From the NCBI GenBank assembly GCA_051294375.1, contig CM119265.1:4223025-4287024 (forward strand): 64,000 nt of DNA. The letters run 5' to 3'. Below the pieces are notes generated by a model. It was not told where the DNA came from, made no database searches, and was given only the letters and a program-made list of their open reading frames with translations. A program made the translations under genes and the position numbers. Positions 35,524 through 48,475 of this stretch are shown here, one piece after another (position 1 is the first letter of the stretch; every line of letters starts with the position of its first letter). Origin of the DNA: Paraspadella gotoi. Lineage: Eukaryota > Animalia > Chaetognatha.

Positions 35524-38500
35524 TCAATTCGTGGAATTGGCTTCTTTGACTAGAGAACTGAAAGCTGACTTGACGTCGTTCAAAAGTTTCCTCGTTTCGT
35601 CAAACTCGACGATTTTCCCGTCATCCAATACCAGGATTTTGTCGTAGTCTAAAATGGTGTTGATTCTATGGGCGATGGTGATTATGGTGCAGCCAGCGAA
35701 CTCTTTACGAATCGTTTCCTAAATTGGTAAAGGGAATGATATTTAAAAATTATTGGTTGCATTATAATCATTATTATTTGTTTTATTATCATAATAACAT
35801 CTATAAAACCTGAGAGTTATCAAAAGGATAGTGGTTATTCTGGATAAAACTCGGGGGAAAATGAGAACAAATATTTAAAACTAGATTCCAAAACGAATGT
35901 TCAATGTTTTTTTTAAAATAATGTTGTTCACTCTTAGAATAAAATAGAATAGATAAAAATTTTCTTAAACTAATTACGTGATATTGCTAAGGGTAGCCCA
36001 ACTCAATGGGGTGGGTCAAGAATATAGAGCGAGTACATGCTCAAACGAATATTTATACATTTTTAAGAAGCGAATGAACGGATGCCTTTTGTTTGCAGAT
36101 CTTAGTCGAGGCATAATAGCTCATTTGCATAACGCGAGCATTAAAGTTTGAATGGGTAACAAACTCTTATTTCTTGTGAATATATCACTATTACAATAAA
36201 GTTACCCTTAATTGTCTTGAAAATAAATCTTAAAAAATCTTATTGATATTTTTAACAAATAATTCGAGTTTATTGTTTTCAAACGGAGGATTGGTTATCA
36301 AAATTTACACAAGTATTTAGGACACAACCTAAGCTTAGAAATATTGTTAAATTGGCAGTGCACTGATAATTAAGATATCTATCACTAAGAGTAGCCTAAC
36401 TCAGTATTAGGGGTAGCCGCACTCAAAAATTTAGAGTACATGCTCAAACGAAAATGTATACATTTATAAGTATACTTTCAAGGTACAAACAATTTCTTAT
36501 ACGGCTAGTAATACCCTAGTAATTATTTTTTTAATATTTATTTATAGATAAGAAAGTCCAAAATTCTGATACGGTCCGCAGAGCGGGCCCAGAATATTAA
36601 ACTGATTTTTGAGCATCGGAGGAGCGCTCAGTGCTTGCACGGCCTCCACCACGGGTCGTCCCGGTATTGCAGTACCTCCGGGATTGGCCCACCACCCATT
36701 GTGGAATTTAAAATATATATTTATAAATATTATTAATTAACATTGCATTATTTTATAATTTATTTCTTCCGGTGTTCGTAGTTAAACTCCCAAAGAACTT
36801 GCATAAATATACTTATTGGCTTTTCTTTCTTTGCGTTAATAATTAAATTTTTTTTAAATAAATTGTAGTTTACAACAAATACAAAAAACACACACCTCAC
36901 AGAAATATGAATCTCACGGAATCTCACCTGAATCAGGTCGTCAGTCTCCTGATCCACCGCCGCCGTCGCCTCGTCCAAGACGAGAATCTTCGCCCGCCGC
37001 AGCAACGCCCTCGCCAAACAGAGCAGCTGCTTCTGCCCGACGGACAAGTTGGTCCCGAATTCCGTGCAGCGGAACTCGATCCCTTCCGGTCGCGAGTCGA
37101 CGAAGGGCTGGAGATGCGCCAACTGGAGGACGCGGCGCACCTCGTCGTCCGATTTCTCCTCGAAAGGGTCCACGTTGAAACGAAGACTTCCCGAGAAGAC
37201 GACGGGATCTTGAGGAATGACCGAGATGCTCGACCGAAGGCGCCGCAAATCGACGCCGCCGATGACTCGCCCGTCGACGACGACGTCTCCCGGCGTCTCG
37301 GCCTCGACGACGCGAAAGAGCGCCAAGGCGAGAGTGGATTTTCCGGCGCCGGTTCGACCCACGACGCCGACACGTTGTCCGCCGGAAATAGAGAGTGTGA
37401 GTTTCTTGAGGACGAGATCGAGTCCAGATCGATAACGGACGCTGAGGTCATTGAAGACGATGTCGCCGCGATGAGGCCAAGTGGCGGGCGGATTAGAGTT
37501 GTCGGGCAGAGTGTCTTTGTCGGACAGAGTCTCGTCGTCGTCGTCGGCCACAGTCTTCGAAGGCTCGACGTCGAGGCGACTAAACTCGGCGATCCTCTCG
37601 ATGGCGACAAAGTGAGACTCGAACAAAGCGAGTTCAATCATGAGCCATTGAATGTGACCGTTCATGAGGAATGAGTAGGAGAGGCTGATTCCGAGGAGGC
37701 CTGACGGGAAGGGAAATGTGGGTGAGGTTTGGGTAAGTTGGGATTTTATTTTTACTTTTATTTTTTTATGTCTGTCTAAAATTATATTTTTAAAAAGACG
37801 TGTTAGTAAATTATTTTATTATATTAATAAGTGGTGCACTACATATTATTTTAGATTATATTTTATTTCATCTCTTACCCGGAGTTAAAGATGAATTCAA
37901 CAAAGTCAAGACGGCAGTAAAGTATTGCATAAAGGCGGCAATGCATTGGATACCCAACAGAATCCACGAATTGCAAGTCAAATCCGACAACCAGATGGAC
38001 GCGTTGGCGTCGATCAATTGGTGGCAATCGTTAGCGAGTTGCCTCTGAGCCTCGAAGGCGCGAATCGTGACCATCCCTTTGAGCGTCTCGTCGAATTTGG
38101 AGTAGACGGGGGATTTGGTGACTGCCTCTAACCGCTTCAATTGACGGGATGTTCGAAGGAAGAGTCTTTGCAGAGTGAAGAGAATGATGAGGGTGATGAA
38201 AAAGACGACGAGCATGTAGGGACTGATGATGCAGATGGTGACCATGATGGAAACTATGAGCAGAATACGATTGATAATATCTCGAGTCGTTTGGGGAAGT
38301 TGATCGTCCGCGATGTCCATGTCTTTGGAGAACCTGTTCAAAATTTATACAGAATGTGTAAATAGATACTTCAGAGGCGTTAGTATCTTAGTTAAGTACC
38401 TGTTTGTAATTCTCCCGACAGGAACCGTGTCAAAAAAGTGCATCGGCGCGCGAATGACTCTTTCAATCATAAGTTTATGAATCGTTTTACTGGATTGAAC

Positions 38501-41500
38501 GCTTCCAGCAAAGATAAAAAACGTACCGATCATAATCAAAAGGCCGCTAGATATACCCAAGATGCTGTAGATAAGTATGAAATGCTGAAAGTTGTTTTGG
38601 TTTGGATTTTTGGTCCAATCGGCGAGCCAGAACGAAGAGGAAACTTCTGCTGCCACGCCCACCCCGAAGATGAATGGGCCGAGGAAAAAAAAAGTCCGCG
38701 AGGCGTTTTTGACCCAAAAGAGAAATACGGACAAATCCGTGACGCCGTATTGAACGGCCTCTTTCTCCAAAAGTTTACCTGAACCGTTGATCGCGATCTT
38801 TTCATTTTGATCAGCTGGTTTAGGGTTTTTCATTTGCATTTCGTGATCATCACAATTTTCTCTCCATTTCGTCAGAGTGAACAAGAGACTTTCTGGATTC
38901 TTCATCAATTCATCGAATTTCCCAACTTCCATCAGACTTCCGTCTTTCAAGCACAAAATGAGATCAGCAGCTTGTAAGCAATTGATGTTATGAGTGACAA
39001 GGACTCTGGTTCTCTTTTTTAACAATCCATTCGGCCCGAGTAGATTTTGAAAGATGTGTTTTGCGACGTGGGCATCCACGGCGCTGAGTGGATCATCCAG
39101 TAAATAAAGTTGTTTATCCGCATAAGCCGCTCTCGCTAGAGCGACTCGAGCCTTTTGTCCGCCAGAAATGTTGACGCCATTTTCGCCGATCTCTGTGGAG
39201 TCACCGGCTGCCAGGATTTGTAGATCTGTCGAAAGCGCACAAGAAAATACGACAAGGTCGTATTGATCTTCAATGTAGCCTTTTCCAAACAACACGTTAT
39301 CTCGCAGCGATGCGTTAAAAATCCAGGGTTGCTGCGCCACGTATGCGATACTCCTATGGTCGACTTGGATTTCGCCTTCTTGCTTTTTCATTTCCCCCAG
39401 AATCGAAGCCAAAAGCGAAGACTTGCCAGATCCGACTGACCCAACGATACAAACCAGCGCACCGTGGGGAATTCGGAAATCAAGACTCTTGAGGGTTGGC
39501 GCCGTTAAATTCCATGAGCAATCGGCCTTTGCCAACTGAATTGCTATTTGTGGCTCAGATGGAAACGAGCGCTCTTGAGAAACTTCTTGTTCAATCAAGA
39601 AGTTTTCGATTCTCTCACCGGAAATCAATAATTGAAGAAACATTTTTATCAATCTCGGCATCAGGTAGAGAGGCTTTCTCATAATATTAATGAGGCTAAG
39701 AGTTACGAAAGCAACTTCGGCAGAAAGTAAATTATTTTCTGAGATAACGACGTACAGTGAGAATGAAAGTATGGCCATTATCATTGGCACAGTATTGAAC
39801 ATAAAATTGACTGATGCCGTTGCCATGTGAGCGTACAATAAGAACTTTGTTTCCGTTGCTCTTAATTGTGAAATTTTTTTCTGAAAAATAAATTGTACAT
39901 GATTACGGGCCTTACGGCTTTCTACTTGGACCATGAACAACAACAGCTTTTGGTTAAAATTGGCCTTCAATCTTAAAACAAGTTTGAGCAAACAATGTCG
40001 GATCTGCATTAATTAATTATTTATTTAATAATTAATTTATTCAAGTTTATTATTTAATTAATTTGGCAATTAATTAACTAATTTGATCCGAAATGTTTGT
40101 TTTGATTGATTGATTGATTAATTAATTAATTATTGATTAATCAATCGAATAATTAATTAATTGATTAATTATTTGATTAAATAATACATCTTGCATTTAT
40201 ATTTAAAATTAAAAAAAAGAAGCATAATCAATTAGTGAAATAGGTTCTTTGTTTTTTCCATTTAAACTCATTTCCACTCAAACGATTCCATCGAAACTTG
40301 ATTTCCAGTTTAATTACACACTTTTCTACCCAACTACAAAATTTCAAGTCAATCGCCCCATCCACTCATGGTAATTGGTGTTCAAATAGTGAAATATATT
40401 TTTTTGTTTTTTTTTTTATTAAACTCATTTATACTCGGACGATTCCATCGAAACTTCATATCCAGCTCAATCACACACTTCCTACCCACACATAAAATTT
40501 CATTCCAATCCATCAATCACATCACGAGTAATTGGTGTTTTTTGCTTAGGTGGGACGGACGGACATCTTTTTTTTTTTTGCATAATTTTCATAATTCGAT
40601 GTTCTGACATGATATAAGTGAATGCTCGACAAGATTGGGGGGGCGGACCGACGGACGCGACAAAAGTGAATTATAGAGTCGGGATCTGCTGAAAGATAAA
40701 AAAAAGTGCCAAATAATTCAACAAAAGGAGCATTAGGTTTATTTTTCAAAAACTAACCTGAAACGATTCTTCCCATGCATAAAGTTTTATAATTTTGATG
40801 CCATGAAAAATTTCATTTATATACTTCACTCGTTCATCTTTCAAGATAAGATTTTTTTTCTGATATTTGACTTGAAGTTTTCCAAAAAAGAAATTCAATG
40901 GGATAATAAGGATCAAACATGAAATGGCTCCCAATGTGGCAAGTCCGATTTGACGCCATATTAGATAACAACAAAATATAATCTAAAAATAAATTCGAAA
41001 ATCTTGACAAGAAAATGAAAATAGCCTTATGATGTAAGAATAGAAAACTTACCTCTAAAGGTCCATAAATTAATATGAATAAAAATTTTGTGAATAACAA
41101 ATATTTCATCGCATCGACACTCATCAAATTGAGTATTTTGCCGGAGGTAGTTTTGTTAAAAGAAGAATTTAAACGAAGGCTCTTGTGGTATATTGCCTAA
41201 AGAGTTTATTAAATATTAATTTTGCCTATTTTTCTCTTTAAAAATAGATAAAAATATTTCGTCAATACCTGTATTATAGTATTCTTTATTGCCAAACCCG
41301 TCGTTTCCGCAATAAGCATGAAATGCGAATAGCTAAATGATTTCATTAATTCTGTTATAAGAATCAAACTAGAAAAGAAAATTCCTTTCCAAATCCATTC
41401 CTCGTAAGACATTTGAAACTTAATTGCAGAATGGTCGCCTGGCAACGAGTCATTAGCCTTCACTTCCGAAAGATCATTGTGCGGTTTTTTGGCCACGTGA

Positions 41501-43211
41501 ACCAACATCAATCGAAATATTATTGGCTGCAATATAACTTGTATCGACGGCAAGGATCTAATGATAAACATAAGAAGTAGACGAGGCCAAAAACATTTTA
41601 ATAAGATCCAATGGAAACTTCTAGAAGGTTTTGGGCATTGTTCTTCAATTTGTTCGTGGCTTTGAATTAGTAAGTGAGAATGTTATGAATATTAAAATAA
41701 TTTTTTTTTATCCAAATTTGCAAATATATTTAGACACCCTTCTTAATACAATTTATTAGTTTGAATAATCAACAATTTGAAAATCGCTTTATACCAGCTT
41801 TATGCATGAAAATTTCAAAATTTCTCTAGTTTCAACCTTTAAAAAAATCTTTATGAGCTTAATTAAAACATTACACTTCAAGTTCAACGCATTCGATAAC
41901 ACTCTGACGTACCAATCAATCTTAATTGCTTGTTTCGCGAGATTGTGATGTTTATCGAATAAACTCTTGAGTACATTGATTTTACAGAACGATGGAAGTT
42001 TTCCAACGTCACCAACTTGAATGGCAGCCTTTCTCGCTTTCATGATCAACGGAACTATGAACCAAAAAAGCAGCTTGGAGAGAATGCTTGCTTCCTGCAT
42101 AAGATCCTCACAATTGCTTGGCTGATTTTCCCGATCTGAGAAGCACGACAGAATGAAACTTATTACGCCGAGACCAAATATTGCGTAAAATATAATAAGT
42201 TTCCCTTTTTCTGGTTCGATTAGTTGATCCTGTGATAATAATTATGAATACAATTCCGTACTTGTGATTTCGAATAGTTTTGTTTTTCCAAAATCGCTCA
42301 CCTTCTGATAAAGTTCTCGAATAAGAACGCCGCCCTGACCACCGCCGCCGCCACCGCCACCCGCCGATCTGATCAAATGCTGCAGCATCAGTGCAGCAAC
42401 GATCGTCAATGCCGCAAAGAAAACGAAATTCGCTTCGGAATTCTTGACGAAGCGACGTCGCTCCTCCAGGGTAAGTATGAGCGAGAAGAGGATCGCGAGG
42501 AGCAAGAGTAACGGAGTTAGGAATTCTACTGGAGCGAGGAGAGAGAATGGGGAAGTGGGGCAGAGTGGTGATGAGGAGTCGAAGGGAGAGACGGACTGAC
42601 GGATGGATTCCGCTTCGGTCCGGTCAATGACGATGACGAGTATGAGGTCTGTCAACAAAAAATTCATAAGTTTGTGAATTTGGTTTTATTAGGTGTATTG
42701 TTTGTTTGTCGTTAAATATTTTTTTAGTAAATTGAAATATTAACAAACATGGTTTCTTTGCCATAATCTAAAGAATAAAGTTTTAACGAATGCGTAAAGA
42801 AAAAAATACATATAATACTGTACGATACTAACAAATGGAATATGAAATAAACATCATGAAATAATTACATCTTTCATTCAACTTCAACAAACCTGCTGCT
42901 ATCAGCATCAACAAAACGACGCCGATCAACAATTTTCCCGCGAAAAGTTTCGACGAATTTCCCGGCGCCAAAAGTTGAGTCCAGCGCCGCTTTTTGACTC
43001 GCGGCGTCGCAAAGGACAAAGGGGCGAAGAACATCAGCGCCGCTAACGGAACAGCGCCCAAGAGAAGCTTCAGAAGGCACGGCGTCAAATCGGGCGCCGG
43101 CGTAAACCACGAAACGGCGTCGTCCCAAAGCGGCGTCCTCGCACAAAGCGGCGTGGCGAAGACGGCGTTGGAATTCGACGCCGGAAAGTTTGAGTCGGAG
43201 GAGCAATTCAT
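35524..43211 (-). CDS. ABCC/MRP1-like ABC exporter (long form with TMD0)
   Basis: Exons ~43211-42893, 42648-42302, 42229-41913, 41659-41269, 41196-41053, 40982-40758, 39880-38400, 38333-37879, 37700-36928, 35718-35524(TGA). N-terminal WD...[10 protein letters not shown]; NBD1 GSVGSGKSS / [14 protein letters not shown] / [11 protein letters not shown]; NBD2 GRTGAGKS / LSVGQKQL / LDEATAAVD / [13 protein letters not shown]. Confidence 0.93.
36565..36693 (+). ncRNA. U2 snRNA 3' fragment (5'-truncated pseudogene), antisense in the last ABCC intron
   Basis: TCTGATACG, stem IIb GGTCCGC-AGA-GCGGGCC, Sm site ATTTTTG, stem III, and stem-loop IV CCCGGTATTGCAGTACCTCCGGG. The first ~60 nt, including the branch-point recognition sequence, are absent. 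Confidence 0.85.
39978..40697 (-). mobile_element. Helentron family A copy in an ABCC intron
   Basis: Same termini and internal units as 6353-7095. Confidence 0.85.
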
Positions 43212-44081
43212 TGTTGGAGCTGGATAGGTGAAGCTTTGATGCTGGACTAAAGATGATGCTGTATTGAAGCTGGAGTAAAGACAATGCTGGAGTAAAGACA
43301 ATGCTGGAGTGTTGAAGACGGAGTTTTATCAAAGTTTTATTTGATGAAGTAGCGCGCGGTTCGTTTATGTCCGTGTGGTCGACATCAGGATTCGATTTTG
43401 AGCGTGTTTGAGAAAAAGCGAAATCAATGAATCTACTTTCAAAAGTTTGGAATCTTGATGAATAAAAAAATTGACAATATATTTTGGGTTATGGTTGAAT
43501 TGAAAACGAGGCTGAGAGAGAGAAAGATCTCGTTCGGTCATATCATGTTATAACTTTTGTTTTAAAGTTAATTCGTGTTTTTAGACAGAGTTCGCCCCTG
43601 AATAAGCATAAGCAGTCAACCAATTTTCGCTACAGGATTGTGAATTAATGAATGCCAAAAATTATTATCACTGATTGTGAACAATGGCAGAATAGAATCG
43701 TTTAAAAACTTAGTTGTTCGTGTTTGTTGAAAACGGCGGGCAGCGTGAAAAGGCGAAGATGTAAAGAAAAGTGAACTTTGTTCGACCTGGGAAGATCACT
43801 GCTTAAAGCGCTTTTTTAAAGTTCGTTTAAAGATAAACAGCGAGAGATAGAAAGAGAAAAAGAGAGAGAGAAAAAATAATAGAGAGGACGATGCCCCTTT
43901 AGATTAAAAATACCTGATTGATAACTTTTGTGTTATCAGTTTATATGTTATTTTATTCTTACCCAGCTCCAAAAGCTCGAATTAAAATTTTTTAACCTTT
44001 CAAGTTCTGTTAAGCCTTTCTTTTTTGTTGCTCAAACTTGTTTTTTTATCGATAAAGTTTCGCAAAATTGGGACAGAAGAA

Positions 44082-45836
44082 AACAAGTTTGAGGAAACAA
44101 TGTCGGATCTGCCTACAATAATTAAGCGGTAATCTGCTAATCAGATGATAAATCACAATATTTTTTAAAATTTTTTTTAACTCGCATCATCTTTTTAACT
44201 CGCATCATTTTTGAACTCGCATAATTTTTTCCATGCACCTAATTTTTCAACTCATCATTTTTTCAATTTACATCATTTTTACAATTCCCATCATTTTTTT
44301 AACTCGCATCATTTTTTTCAACTCACATCATTTTTTCCACGCACATAATTTTTTCAACTCATCATTTTTTCAATTTACATCATTTTTACAATTCGCATCT
44401 TTTTTTTCAACTTGCATCATTTTTTCAACTTGCATTTTTTTTAACTTGCATAATTTTTTAACTTGCATAATTTCTTTCAACTTGCATAATTTTTTCAACT
44501 TGCATAATTTTTTCAACTTGCATAATTTTTTCAACTTGCATAATTTTTTAATTTGCATATTTTTTCAACTTGCATAATTTTTTTTAAAATTGCATAATTT
44601 TTTAAAAATTGTATCATTTTTTTCAAATTAATTAATTAATTAATTAAAACATTTATTAGTAATCATAAATAAAAAAGATTAAGAAAATGTGAATTATGTT
44701 TTTTCCATTTAAACTCATTTCCACAGGCACAATTCCATCAAAACTTTATATCTAGCTTCTTCACACACTTTCCTTTTCAATCTATTAATTAAATTTTGGT
44801 TAATTCGAGTAATTATGGGTTAAAATAAGTAACATTGCAGGACTAACAAGATCGTGAAAACAAAAAGATTCAAGTAAATGTGATTCATATTTTTTTTATT
44901 TATACTCATTTCTACTCGTACGTTTCCACCGAAACTTTGTATCAAGCTTCATCACACACTTTCCTACCCACACAAAATTTCAACTAAATCTATTCATCCA
45001 ATTAAGATTAAATAGAGTATTTATTGGTTAAAATAAGTAAAAATATTTTAGTAAATGCAACTTATGTTTTTTTTCCATTTAAACTCATTTCCACTTGCAC
45101 GATTCCATCGAAACTTTATATCCAGCTTCATCTCACACTGTCCTACCCACACACAAAATTTCATTCCAATCCAACCTGCCAATCACGATTATTGGAGCTT
45201 TTTGCTAAGATGGGACAGATGGACGGATTGATTGACTAATTAATTAATTACCGGATTAATTAATTGACTAATTGATTAATTAACTGATTAATTTTTTTGA
45301 TTTATTAATACATCCTTCATTTACATTTATTATAAAGGAAAAAGAGCATAATCAATTAGTGAAAACAGGTTTTTTTTTTTTTCATTTAAACTCATTTCCA
45401 CTCAACGATTCCATCAAAACTTGATTTCCAGCTCAATCACACACTTTTCCTACGCAAATACAACATTTCAAGTCAATCGCCCCATCCACTCTTGAGGTAA
45501 TTGGTGTTCAAATAGTGAAATTTTATTTTTTTATTTTTCCATTTAAACTCATTTCCACCTCGGACGATTCCATCGAAACTTCATATACAGCTAAATCACA
45601 CACTTCCCTACCTACAAAATTTCATTCCAATCCATCCATCCAATCACGAGTAAATTGGTGTTTTTTGCTAAGGTGGGACGGACGAATGGACGGGACGGAC
45701 ATCATTTTTTTTGCATAATTTATCATAATTTCGATGTTCTGACATGATATAAGTTTAGTGCCGACAATATTGAGGGGGGGACCGACAAAGTGAATTATAG
45801 AGTCGGGATCTGCTGATAAGCAGAACCGACTAAAAA
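44082..45836 (-). mobile_element. Long Helentron family A copy with expanded internal repeats
   Basis: Runs from ACAAGTTTGAGGAAACAATGTCGGATCTGC to GCAGAACCGACTAAAAA. Contains an (AACTTGCATAATTTTTTC)n array at 44170-44620. Confidence 0.85.
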
Positions 45837-46151
45837 CCAGTTTTTTTCGTTTAAAACCGGAAACTCGAAAATTCGTTCCACGATTCCAATCCTGGGAGAC
45901 GAAATGAGTAAGGAACCGATTAAGTAGGTCAATTAAAAAAATCTAATTGAAATGTAGAGATTTAACCAAGCGATTGTACGAGTAAATGGAGAAAAATTTT
46001 AACATTCTTTCTTGAGTCCTGACATTTTAGATTTTTCCCCCCAAGACATATCTGAAAATTATCTCTGGATTTCAAATTTCTATGTAAATTACATAGAAAC
46101 CAAAAACTTTCAAACTTTTATTCTCGAATGTTTAAATATTTATAGTAACCT

Positions 46152-46390
46152 ATTATGGTGAACAAAAATCCACCAACCGTTCATCAGCGGCCATTGGTGC
46201 CGGAGGCAAGTCATTTGCCTCCCAACCCAAACGTCCAGGATTTTAGCCCGGTGGTCGCCGAGCTGTTAAGAGGGACGGGGCGCTTAACCCGCCTGTAACA
46301 CGGTGTTACACCCTGATGAAGACTCGAACCAGCAGAGTCGAAACATGTACTATTGATAATAAAAAATCGTTGTATTGGCACTCAATAAAC
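46152..46390 (+). mobile_element. tRNA-SINE copy joined to a hammerhead-bearing Penelope-like fragment
   Basis: SINE matching 15279 up to GTTACA, then CCCTGATGAAGACTC(GAACCAGCA)GAGTCGAAACATGTA and AATAAA. Confidence 0.65.
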
Positions 46391-46629
46391 ATTTCCTAAC
46401 ACCTAGTGTTTAAATTGGTCTCTTTGTCTTTTTAATTCTGCTTTCTGTATGTCGTATCGTTTTGTTTATCCATTCACGAGTATGCCTCTTCCATCGGGGG
46501 GAGGAGGGGAGATGGGAGGGACTGACCGACAGAAAAAAATGATCAAGAGTCAATTCAAAATATACACAATTATTACAAGAATGTATGAATATAAGAAAAC
46601 ATCATAGTCATCAATTTTCACATATATAT

Positions 46630-46829
46630 TCATCCGTTGAGCAGAAAAAACTTTGCCCTACTATTAAATTCACACGCGAATCTGAGATGAATGTTGTGAG
46701 CGCCTCTGGTGACCCGGATGAGCTTAGAGTTTTTAATGTTTTCGTGAATGAAACCCGGATGTGATCCACCATGGAGTCGGATTCACTGTGGAGAATGAGG
46801 GTCGGGCAGACGATGTCCTTCAAAGAATC
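46630..46829 (-). pseudogene. Last exon of a BPHL/valacyclovir hydrolase-like alpha/beta hydrolase, frameshifted
   Basis: Acceptor TTCCCAG|GAT. LKDIVCPTLILHSESDSMV, then in another frame AHNIHLRFACEFN...FLLNG*, resembling BPHL PEGKHNLHLRFADEFN. Could be a pseudogene or an assembly indel error. Confidence 0.7.
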
Positions 46830-46937
46830 CTGGGAAGAGAGAAAGGAAGTAGGGGATTTATATTGGGAGAAAGACCGACGTGAGTGGACGACTAGAGTCG
46901 TTGTCCTGGAAATGATAACGATAATCCCTCAATTGGA

Positions 46938-47965
46938 TGTTATTCTTACTAACTACTAGCCTAATTGCCGTTAACTAGCCTTGAAAATTTTATCAATCGT
47001 ACTTTGTAAGTATTTCCCTAACTTACCTTGAAAATCTCTTACACCGTATGTCAAGCTTACGACAACTTACCTTGCAAATGTTGCCGTTGTTCCAAAAGCG
47101 AAATGAATGATAGTATGGTGGNNNNNNNNNNTAACGTTGTCCATTTTTCCGCGAGTGAACGTTCTGCTTTCATCGTCTCCATGGCAACGAGCTCCCCCCG
47201 TTAACGTTGCCGATTCTCCCGCGAGTGGACGTTGACGCTCCGCGGCGTCCCGCTTCCGGTTCTGGCATCACCTCTCTGACGACGATCTAGACTGCTCTCT
47301 GCTTCGTTTCCACGACGACGCTCCGCTTCGTCTTGTTGATAACTTTTGACGAGACTCGTTCACGAAATCTTTGACCGGATTCTTTGACGGGAATCTGTGG
47401 CATGCTTGTGTCGACACACCTTAACAACCCGCGGCTCCGTCATTGACGACGGACTGGAACTTGACGAAGCACTGCAACTCTCGGCTGGCTTCTTGATGAT
47501 GATTTGCAGCAATCTTTGATGGCTCTTCGATGGATTATAACAGAAACTTGTTCGGCTCTATGACGTTGAGTCGAAACGATCTTTGGGCCGGCTCTTTGAC
47601 GAGGCGTTGCGACATCGTAAACTTTTTTGAGGATCGCGTTCGCTGGTTCCGGTTTCACTTTCTCGTCAGCGTCTAGACTTGTCTTTATCTTTATCTTTGT
47701 CTTTATCTTTCCACGCCACGGCGCCCGGCGTCGTCTCCTCGACGACGCGCTGGGACTGACGCCGCGAATGATGCTCTGCTCGATGACGCGTTGTTCTGTT
47801 CGATGACGTTCTGCTCTGCTTGACGCTTCGCTTCGCTTGACGCTTTACCGTACCGTCTTTCATTTTTTCTCCGTCTTTGTCTTGTCCGGAACGATGTCTT
47901 GGGTGCATGTACGTGTACGTGCGTGTGCGGGCATGTGCGTGCGTGCATTCGAGACCGGCTTAAAT
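46938..47965 (-). repeat. Putative 3' LTR of the BEL/Pao element
   Basis: Follows the PPT and ends ...GAATAACA. Contains two AAG|GTAAGT donors (47021-47029, 47065-47073). It starts TA rather than TG, includes a small N gap, and there is no 5' LTR to compare. Confidence 0.5.
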
Positions 47966-48475
47966 ATTTCTCTCCCCCTTTCTTGCACTCAAGAAAAATT
48001 TGTTTATTGAATTGTTCCTTTTCTGCTAAACTGCTCAAAGAAAATAAAACGAATTTTTTAATTACGAATTCTTTAAGAGCAAAAAATTTCTTATTTAAAT
48101 ACAGTGAATTAAATAATACGTAATCCGATCTAGCTAGTTATGCTTTCCTATTTTCTCTAATTGGTTACTCGTTACAGGTTACTTAGTTTAACTATCTTCT
48201 CGTCGTTTGTTTACCTCCGTATTCGTTCTTAAATCTTTTGTTTACTCTAAATTTTCCTAATTACCGTGCGTAAATTTTTTAAAGGTAAGTTATTTTTCTT
48301 ATTTTGTTAAGATTAATTTGTTAATGTAATTATCGACCTCGTCACAATTGACGTGGCCCTTCCCTAGCCTATTTTTATTTTAGGATTTATTTTTATAGGT
48401 TCCTGATCGGAATTACTTCGCGCACGACCGTAAAAACAAACAAATTAACAACAATGATGAAATTTTCAAGAATCT

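Noticed and set aside
36907-37674. 255-aa (+) and 234-aa (-) ORFs overlapping the ABCC NBD2 exon
   Set aside because: They are shadow frames of a GC-rich exon.
47440-48123. Short basic ORFs inside the putative LTR
   Set aside because: They are low-complexity, overlap in several frames, mostly have non-ATG starts, and lack the acceptor/poly(A) pattern of ORF1-6.
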